DNA from: Ostreococcus lucimarinus
Lineage: Eukaryota
Assembly (NCBI GenBank): GCA_000092065.1
Contig: CP000587.1
Length of the DNA stretch: 64,000 bases
Strand: one strand, 5' to 3'
Each line of letters opens with the position of its first letter. The stretch's first letter is position 1. Below, piece after piece: positions 57,481 through 64,000 of the stretch. The notes under the pieces are model-generated. The model searched no databases, was not told the DNA's origin, and saw nothing but the letters and a program-made list of their open reading frames with translations. Position numbers and translations under genes: made by a program.

Positions 57481-58791
57481 TTAGTCGCTGTCCTCGTCCT
57501 CGCTCTCGTCGAGCCAGTCGATGAACTTGGCGGCTTGCTTGCGAACGGCTTGGGCGACTTTGGGCTCGACGTCGATGCACGAGGCGGCGTCCACGTCTTC
57601 ATTCCAAGCCTTGATGACGTCTTCTTCGATGAGATCGAACTCGTAGAGCTGATTGAGAATAAGAGAGAACGCCTTAAAACCAGAAGTGGCGGTTTCGGTG
57701 ACGTAACGTTCGAAGGCGCACAAGAGCGCGCGTTGAAGCGCAGCATCCGGGCACGCGGCGCTCAAGTAATCCTTCTTCGCTTTGATTTGCGGAGGAATGG
57801 CCTCGTCTTCGTCAAAAACGGCTTCGAGGAGGAACAAGACGCCCATTTCCTTGGATTCGACGCCAAGGGCATCAGAGACGAGATATTCGGCCGTTTTCAC
57901 GGCGTCATTTTTCGCCGCGTACGCGCGAAGCTTGGACACTCGAGGATCCTCCTCTTCTTCCGAGCTCTCGTCCTCGATGGCGGCGTCCGCCATCTTATCC
58001 GCGACCACGGTGACCATGTTCGCCGCGCCGTCAGTAAGCTGTTCGATTGCTCGCGCTTTCGCGGCGGCGGCAGAAGTATCAGTCGCCCACTGGACTTCGT
58101 CATCGTCGTCGTCGTCGGCTTCAGAGGCGGAGGAAGCGTCGCCCGCCTCGGCGGGCGCGTCGTCGGTTTTTTCCTTCTTCTCCTTCTTCTCCTTCTTCTC
58201 TTTCTTCTCTTTCTTCTCTTTCTTCTCTTTCTTTTCCTTCTTTTCAGACTTACGTCGTCGACGTTCTTCGTCATCGATCGCTGCACCAGCCTCTTCGCGT
58301 TCGCGTTCGGCGCGGCGCAGTTGCTTTTCCTTTTTGTCCTTTTTAATTTCCGGAGGATTCTTGCAAATGTAACCACACAGCTTGTGTCGCATATCGACGT
58401 CGGAAAGCGCCCCGCACGCCTTACATTTCAAGTGAATCGTCTCTCGCTTGGTAATCTCAATCATCGTCTCCGGATTACCGCACGAAAAGCACTGCACGAA
58501 ACGTTTGATGAAACTCTCCAAACTCTGCGCGAGCTTCCCCGCGTCGTGCGCCCCGTTCACGATCGCGCGTCCTTCCTTTTCGTTAAAAGTCGTCTGCGCC
58601 CCGAGATCGTTCCCTAAAAACTTCAACGTGTACATCGGCGGTCGCGCCAACGCCTTGGACACCTCCACGAGGTTCGTCACGTTTGTCTTGATCCCGTTCC
58701 CGCGCCCCTCGATTTTAGACTGAATGGCTGGCATTTTATACCGATAAAACTGGTCCCCGGCGTTGGACGCCCCGATGTTTATCATCGCCAT
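57481..58791 (-). CDS. EIF5: Translation initiation factor eIF5 (eIF2-beta-like NTD with zinc ribbon, plus W2 domain), with expanded K/E repeat linker
   Basis: ATG at 58791-58789. [36 protein letters not shown] parallels human eIF5 [34 protein letters not shown]. C4 zinc ribbon CFSCGNPET...CKACG. C-terminal W2 with acidic/aromatic end. Internal (KKEKKEKKE)n. Confidence 0.88.
   Translation of the reverse strand: [436 protein letters not shown]
58172..58246. repeat. 9-bp tandem repeat (CTTCTCCTT/CTTCTCTTT, about 8 copies) inside the eIF5 CDS, encoding (KKEKKEKKE)n
   Basis: ttccttcttctccttcttctccttcttctctttcttctctttcttctctttcttctctttc. Confidence 0.85.
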
Positions 58792-59059
58792 CGCGCCTCA
58801 CCTCTCGCGCTTCCGCGTCGCTCGTCCCGTTCGCGCCCCTCGCTCGTCTCTCGCGGCGCGTTCCGTCGTCGCTCGCCGACGCCCCCGCGCGCCGCCCTTC
58901 GTCCTTCGCCAGCCGTCGTCGCCGGTCGCCTCTCTTCTCGGCGTCGCGTGCGTCTCGCTCGCGCATGCACGTCTCGGTTCGCGTCGCGTTCGTCCTCGTC
59001 CGTGGCCTCGCGAGTCGTCACATGCACGTCTTCGTCGACGCGTCGCGGTGTCGCGATCG

Positions 59060-60631
59060 ATGCGATTCGATCGCATCGCTCGATCGCGGCGGCGATTCGG
59101 TGGATTCGGTGTGATTCGCACTTCGCGGCGCGCGACGACGACCATGGGCGCGCGAGATGGGCTGCGACACGCGCAGTTCAAACCTATGAAACGCGCCATG
59201 GACGGCGCGTTCGGCGATCGAGAGCACGGCGCGGCGGCGAACGTCGAGGGGACGACGCGCGCGCACGCGAGCGACGGATCGAGCTTCGTCATGACGCAGC
59301 CGAGCGGACTGGCGCGGTCGCAGCAGGTGTTCCTGGCGCAAAAGTTTTTAAATCTGCCGGCGATGCCGAGCTACGTCGAGAGCGAGGGAGGGATGGTGCT
59401 CGATCGAGTGGTGCTGAACGCGGGACGGGGGAATTGGTGGACGACGCTCACGGCGCGCGCGCGAGCGCAACGCGCGTGGAACACGGAACAAGTGCAAGAG
59501 GGGAAGGCGCATCGAGCGCTGTTGGATCCATCGATGTACGCGTTGGGAGGGAGGTTCAGGGCAAACGCGTTGGAGAACGTGGCGGTGAAAGCGATCGGGG
59601 AGTTGGGGTCGGTGAAGGGCGTCACGCGCGCGTTTGCGAAAAAGTTCAAGCTGAGCGACGAGAAGGACGACGACGCCGAGGCGGCGTTGAATCCACGCGG
59701 CAGGGTCTCCGTGCAAGCGAAACTTCCGTCGCATTTACTCAGTGTGGATTTGTCGCACAATGAGAGGTACCAAACGGACGATAGGTACGTGGACGGTCCC
59801 ACGTCGGCGTCGGTGAGCGTGTCCTCGCGCGGTCGTCGAGCGATCAACTACCGCGTGAGCGCGCGCAAGTGGTTGGGGGACTTGGTACCGTTCGATAGGA
59901 AGCACGGAGGAGGGATGCGAACGCCGCCGAGGAAAGAATTACAAGCTGGTGTGTCGTACGAGCAACAAGCGGTGTTATGGCGCGGTCGTCGACGCCGCAA
60001 ACCGAAATCATCGAGCGCGGTGAGCGGGTACACCGCGCTGCCGCAAGTGCCGACGATTACGGTGGGGGGAATTTACGGGGCGGTCGTGCGGAAGAGTTTA
60101 GATGATGATTACAAAGATGGCGAGCAAACTGAACTGCAAAATTTCGGCTCGTTATCTGTGAATGCACAAGTTGGGTCTTTCGCACGTCCTTTGCTCGATT
60201 TCACGTCGATCAATCTGCGACTCGACGCGGGCGGTATGGGAACGCCCAACAAGCCGCTCGACGCGGCGGCTCAAACACCACTGCCTCTGGCGGATCGTTT
60301 GATCACCATGGGGGGTCGATTGAAAGCAAATCCGGTTTCAGTGACGCTAAGTCTTGGACAGCAACTTCTCGGTCCGCTGCGATTCAGAGCCGAAGTGCGC
60401 GCCAGCGGCGCGGAGGCTTTGTCCGCCACGCGCGCGGGCCTCTCCGCGCTCAAGGAACGAAAGACCATGACGGAGGTTCGCGAGTCCATTCAAAAGCAAA
60501 TCGTGAAGCCAGAAGTTGTGTACGGCTTAGATTGTGCATTACCTCCAACGATCGGTAGTGCGCGCGTCGTAGCGTGGTACAACGCGACGAGACAGGAAGC
60601 CATGGCGGAGCTCCGACTGTTCGACTTGTAG
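59060..60631 (+). CDS. Hypothetical protein (about 520 aa from ATG 59060)
   Basis: A long non-repetitive ORF. The track start at 58763 overlaps the eIF5 start, so ATG 59060 was chosen. No motif recognised. Confidence 0.45.
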   Translation: MRFDRIARSRRRFGGFGVIRTSRRATTTMGARDGLRHAQFKPMKRAMDGAFGDREHGAAANVEGTTRAHASDGSSFVMTQPSGLARSQQVFLAQKFLNLPAMPSYVESEGGMVLDRVVLNAGRGNWWTTLTARARAQRAWNTEQVQEGKAHRALLDPSMYALGGRFRANALENVAVKAIGELGSVKGVTRAFAKKFKLSDEKDDDAEAALNPRGRVSVQAKLPSHLLSVDLSHNERYQTDDRYVDGPTSASVSVSSRGRRAINYRVSARKWLGDLVPFDRKHGGGMRTPPRKELQAGVSYEQQAVLWRGRRRRKPKSSSAVSGYTALPQVPTITVGGIYGAVVRKSLDDDYKDGEQTELQNFGSLSVNAQVGSFARPLLDFTSINLRLDAGGMGTPNKPLDAAAQTPLPLADRLITMGGRLKANPVSVTLSLGQQLLGPLRFRAEVRASGAEALSATRAGLSALKERKTMTEVRESIQKQIVKPEVVYGLDCALPPTIGSARVVAWYNATRQEAMAELRLFDL

Positions 60632-60695
60632 GAAAATATGTTTAGCAGCGCTGCAATGAATTAAAAGTGAATTCTAGTGTAACCAACAATCTCGT

Positions 60696-62090
60696 CTATC
60701 GCTTCGCGTCCTCTTCTTTCATGAGTTTATCTAAAGTGCTCATAAACTCAGGCACGCCCGTGCCTTCTTTCGCGCTTATGGGAAGAATTGCCACAGGCTG
60801 GTCGCCTATGGTTTCCTCGTCGAGCGCCTTGATGCCTTGAGTAATCTCATCCGTACGCAGGGCCGCCCACTCGAGGTCGGTTTTGTTCAGAACCAAGATG
60901 TGCGGTCTTTTGACGTACTCTGGGTTGTATAACTTCAACTCTTGACGCACCACGACGTAATCGCTCACCGGGTCTTGCCCCGAGGCGTCAACGACACAAA
61001 CCATTGAACGCGTGCGGCGCAAGTGTCGTAAAAACGCTCGACCAAGGCCCAAGCCCTTATGTGCACCCTCGATTAAACCTGGCAAATCAGCCATGACAGT
61101 CGATGACTCACCCGTCGGGGCGAGATCATCTTCGGTCTTAATCACCCCGAGATTCGGCATGAGTGTCGTAAAGGCGTAGTTGGCGATTTCCGGCGACGCC
61201 CGCGTGACGGCTTTCAACAGAGATGATTTCCCAACGTTAGGCAAACCAACCAAGCCACAATCGGCGACGACTCGCATCAATAACTCAATTGACAGCTCTT
61301 CGCCGTCCTCGCCCACCGTCGAAACCAACGAAGCGGTATCGATGGCGATGTCTGAAGCCTCAAAGTCTTCCTCCTTGCCGTTGCGCATTTTGCGATTCAC
61401 CTGACGCTGTTGTCTGCGCGCGGCTAATCCACCGCCCCCACCCTCGGCGACGAGTAAAGTCTGCCCGTGCTTGGTCATATCACCCAAGAGCTCGCCTGTG
61501 CGTTTGCGTCGGACCACCGTCCCCGGAGGCACTGGAATGTACATGTGTTCCTGATCCGGCGCCACGCGATGCCGCTCGCGGCCGCCGCTCGCGTGTTCCG
61601 CCGCGCTTCCGTGATACCCCTTCTTCGCTCGCCACGTCTTGCGTTCGTGTAAATGCAACAGCGAATCACACGTGCGATCGACTCGCAGGTACACGTTCCC
61701 TCCTCGTCCCCCATCCGCGGGTTCTGCCGCCGGTAACTCGATATACTTTTTCAAGTTGCGTCCCCACTGGTACTTGAAATTCTTGACCACTTTCGGTTTA
61801 GACGTCCCCGTCCACGACTCGCCCTCGCCGCCCTGCCCGCCGACGACGATGATTTGCGCCTCGTCAAAGTACAGGTGTTTCTCCTTCGCCGCGATCGTCG
61901 CGCCGCCGTCGCTCGGCCTCTTCCCCGCGCGCTTCGCCCCCTCCCCCCACGCCGCCTTGCCGCCGCCGCCTCGACGTCGCGGGACGTTGGACGCGGACGA
62001 TTTACCGCCGCCGGGCCCGCTCGCGGACGCGCGACGTCCGCTCGAGCTCGGTTCCGGTTTCGCCATCGCCACGCATCGCATCGCGCGCAT
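60696..62090 (-). CDS. OBG: Obg-family GTPase (ObgC/ObgM-like, organellar)
   Basis: Obg-fold Gly-rich YFDEAQIIVVGGQGGEG...GGRGGNVYLRVD. G-domain GLVGLPNVGKSSLL, ADLPGLIEGAHKGLGLGRAFLRHLRRTR, NKTD. The track start at 62273 is TTG; the first ATG is at 62090 (presequence-like). Confidence 0.85.
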   Translation of the reverse strand: MRAMRCVAMAKPEPSSSGRRASASGPGGGKSSASNVPRRRGGGGKAAWGEGAKRAGKRPSDGGATIAAKEKHLYFDEAQIIVVGGQGGEGESWTGTSKPKVVKNFKYQWGRNLKKYIELPAAEPADGGRGGNVYLRVDRTCDSLLHLHERKTWRAKKGYHGSAAEHASGGRERHRVAPDQEHMYIPVPPGTVVRRKRTGELLGDMTKHGQTLLVAEGGGGGLAARRQQRQVNRKMRNGKEEDFEASDIAIDTASLVSTVGEDGEELSIELLMRVVADCGLVGLPNVGKSSLLKAVTRASPEIANYAFTTLMPNLGVIKTEDDLAPTGESSTVMADLPGLIEGAHKGLGLGRAFLRHLRRTRSMVCVVDASGQDPVSDYVVVRQELKLYNPEYVKRPHILVLNKTDLEWAALRTDEITQGIKALDEETIGDQPVAILPISAKEGTGVPEFMSTLDKLMKEEDAKR

Positions 62091-62512
62091 CGTCGTCGTC
62101 GTCGTCGCGCGTCGCGCGTCCACGTCGCGCGCGACGCGGCGAAGTGCGGCCGCGGACGCGACGACGCGAAAAAGCGAAAAAAGGGCGCGTCCACGGTTTT
62201 CGTTCGCAAACGTCGTATGTAGATCGTTCGCGACGCGAAGAGTCAGAGCGGGTTGACGCCTCGAAAGTAACAAGGTGTGGGGCGGTGGCCGACGTCTCCA
62301 TCATAATTTCGAAAAATTCAATGGTTAAAACCGTCTCATCATATGGATAAAACCGTGGAATCGCCTCCCGACGATTCCGGAAGAATCAATACCGGCGAAA
62401 CACGACGCGCGAGGCGTGATTGCGCGGCGAAAAAGGGTGAAAAACTTGGGCGTTACGGTTGAGGTCGAGTTACAACGAACGACGAACTTCTAAAGACTAA
62501 TGCGCGCGTCGT

Positions 62513-63952
62513 TCACGTGAGAACCTTTTCCACGAAGTCGGCGCCGGCGATGGTGGCGATTTCTTCGATGACATCCTCTCGCGCGGGGGGATCGGGGTTG
62601 GGTAACCAAGACAAAGAGTCGGGAAGCGCCGCGTCCGCGTGGACGGCGTTTGGCTTGAACGCGACGCCGACGACGTCGCCTCCGTATTTATCCACAAACA
62701 TCAGCGCAGTGCCACCGACTCGATCTTCGGCATCCTTAATGAAACATTCGGTCGGGTCGAATCCTATGAGTAACGCCTCTCGCGCCTTGTCCGGACCTTT
62801 GTTCAAAAGCTTGGGCGGAAGTTTCGCGAGCTTGATGCTTTGCGCCAAGGTTTCTTCCTCGTCCTCATCTACGACGCTCATTTCGTTCTCGAACTGCGCT
62901 CGCATTCGCTTGTACAAGCGCTTGCTAGGGAACAACGCATGTTTTGGGAACGGCAGCGCGGTTCGACGTAGAACAAAAGCGGCATCGAATCCACTGAGAG
63001 ACGGTTTGAAGAAGCGCTCCCAGCACTCCGTCTCAAACATAGAGTGCTTCGACACGCCTTCGAGCACGGCTTGCATCTCCGACTGCGCTCGAGCTGCGAT
63101 GGAAACGAGTCGTTTCAGAACGACTGCGCCTGGCCCACTTTGTGTGAGCCGAATCCCGCTCCTATCGTGCGGCGTGACTATGCACATTGCTGGCGCTGTT
63201 TTCGCCGTTCTGTCGATGCTCTCAATCTCGGCGTCGCTCACGATACCTTCGGGATCTAATACTACCGGATCGAACCAAATGTGCGACGCAAATAGATTCA
63301 AGAAGCGCAAAAATGCCACCTCGCGGGACATCGGAGGCAAAGCTGCGCCTGGGTTGACGAACAACAACGCCACGAGGGCCTCGATCGCTTCGTCAGAAAG
63401 GTGTGGCGAAAACATGTGCGACGAGACCCAACGATTGATGAGCTGCGTCGAAAGGCCATACATCGGAAATCTTGCAGCAATTGATGCAATCAATCCAGCG
63501 TGAGATGCTCTCTCGATGAGTTTTCCCTCCGTCGCCTTGACGTGCGGACCACCGGCAGAGGCATTTACGTGAATGCGAAAAGCGTATCCTTCAAACAAAA
63601 TGTCAATCGCCTCTTCAGCGATGACACTTGGCATCGCGTAACTCTTTCGAAGAGACTCTGCGAGCTGTATGGCCATCATCGATCGCGTCTTTGCGATCGC
63701 GTCGGGGTCCTCTGGCCATCGACCGCTGCCCTCGAGGGACACCATGATGTCAAGAGTTTTGGGACATACAGCAATGTCGTCTTCGCTCTTTCCCAAGCCA
63801 ACGCCCGCACCGTGTGCTAGTGGATGCGGCGTCGGCGGAAATGGATCGGTTCCACGAAATGCTCCGCTCAAAGGCTGGACGTTGTTCACTTTGAGGGGCA
63901 TTTCTTTCAAATCCTTCATTCGTTTCGCCAAGCGATCCAACGTCTGAAGCAA
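62513..63952 (-). CDS. Conserved hypothetical protein, probably 5'-incomplete (upstream exon beyond window end)
   Basis: A non-repetitive 479-codon ORF. The track start is TTG; the first ATG is at 63919-63917. A pyrimidine tract plus cag acceptor (ttctccggcgagtttgcttcag|ACG) lies immediately 5' of the ORF in phase 0. Confidence 0.45.
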   Translation of the reverse strand: MLQTLDRLAKRMKDLKEMPLKVNNVQPLSGAFRGTDPFPPTPHPLAHGAGVGLGKSEDDIAVCPKTLDIMVSLEGSGRWPEDPDAIAKTRSMMAIQLAESLRKSYAMPSVIAEEAIDILFEGYAFRIHVNASAGGPHVKATEGKLIERASHAGLIASIAARFPMYGLSTQLINRWVSSHMFSPHLSDEAIEALVALLFVNPGAALPPMSREVAFLRFLNLFASHIWFDPVVLDPEGIVSDAEIESIDRTAKTAPAMCIVTPHDRSGIRLTQSGPGAVVLKRLVSIAARAQSEMQAVLEGVSKHSMFETECWERFFKPSLSGFDAAFVLRRTALPFPKHALFPSKRLYKRMRAQFENEMSVVDEDEEETLAQSIKLAKLPPKLLNKGPDKAREALLIGFDPTECFIKDAEDRVGGTALMFVDKYGGDVVGVAFKPNAVHADAALPDSLSWLPNPDPPAREDVIEEIATIAGADFVEKVLT

Positions 63953-64000
63953 ACTCGCCGGAGAAGTACCTTCTTTCGAGCTGGCAATCTTGCTCAGAGG

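Noticed and set aside
1-64000. Prokaryote-style defence island, operon, CRISPR array, prophage or transposon
   Set aside because: Every recognisable gene is a eukaryotic nuclear type (PIKK kinase, Snf2, HIRA, eIF5, PABP, ESS2, TBC). There are no CRISPR-like spaced direct repeats, no integrase or transposase ORFs, and no terminal inverted repeats flanking a cargo. The perfect hairpin at 22971-23014 is the only TIR-like object and it is solitary.
1-64000. tRNA or rRNA genes
   Set aside because: I scanned the longer intergenic segments (for example 26418-26968, 28787-29414, 33101-33502, 44340-44945, 51149-51709). I did not see tRNA cloverleaf hallmarks (GTTCGAATC-like T-loop with a matching acceptor stem) or rRNA-like conserved blocks. 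An Rfam/tRNAscan run is still advisable.

Overview
The window is GC-rich (roughly 60-65%) and gene-dense, with almost no introns and many long GC-skewed antisense ORFs. It reads as eukaryotic nuclear DNA. Several genes point to the green lineage: a chloroplast PAA-type Cu-ATPase, a plastid enoyl-ACP reductase, a plastid-type phosphoserine phosphatase and a Mini-RNase III. The best fit is therefore a picoprasinophyte (Mamiellophyceae-like, such as Micromonas or Ostreococcus); this is an inference, not something I could verify.

The supplied ORF track uses non-ATG starts (TTG/GTG). I re-derived the likely ATG start for each gene by hand; at least nine track starts are non-ATG or over-extended.

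About 36 protein-coding genes are supported. Recognisable ones, in order, include:
- a SAPS-like PP6 regulatory subunit, truncated at the 5' end of the window;
- a TBC Rab-GAP;
- a P1B Cu-ATPase;
- a 2-oxodicarboxylate-type mitochondrial carrier with one demonstrable 234-nt GT-AG intron;
- an ATR-type PIKK checkpoint kinase (about 2,776 aa);
- a PAK1IP1/MAK11 WD40 protein;
- a JmjC protein;
- a degenerate RNase III-like protein with a dsRBD;
- an mTERF-like protein;
- a MaoC dehydratase;
- a rhomboid protease with a UBA domain;
- a poly(A)-binding protein;
- the ESS2/DGCR14 splicing factor;
- a GT32-like glycosyltransferase fused to a Stf0/NodH-type sulfotransferase domain, as a type-II membrane protein;
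- a Serinc/TMS1 protein;
- FabI;
- a bacterial-type (organellar) ribosomal protein L30 lying 4 bp upstream of phosphoserine phosphatase;
- a Snf2/Brahma ATPase;
- HIRA;
- a Mini-RNase III that lacks any in-frame ATG;
- a roughly 1,480-aa extracellular protein with IPT/TIG, a cadherin-like domain and tenascin-type EGF repeats;
- mitochondrial EF-G1;
- a HAD phosphatase;
- eIF5;
- an Obg GTPase.

No tRNA or rRNA genes, CRISPR arrays or transposons were recognised. Non-coding features include:
- a perfect 20-bp-stem hairpin;
- a perfect 32-bp palindrome next to a (GCGAT)7 microsatellite;
- an 18-bp inverted repeat in a bidirectional promoter;
- a T9/T7 run in an unusually long convergent intergenic region, a candidate Pol III terminator or small RNA;
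- several coding microsatellites.

I found no prokaryote-style defence island or operon. The most novel-looking items are the glycosyltransferase-sulfotransferase fusion and the large TIG/EGF surface protein.
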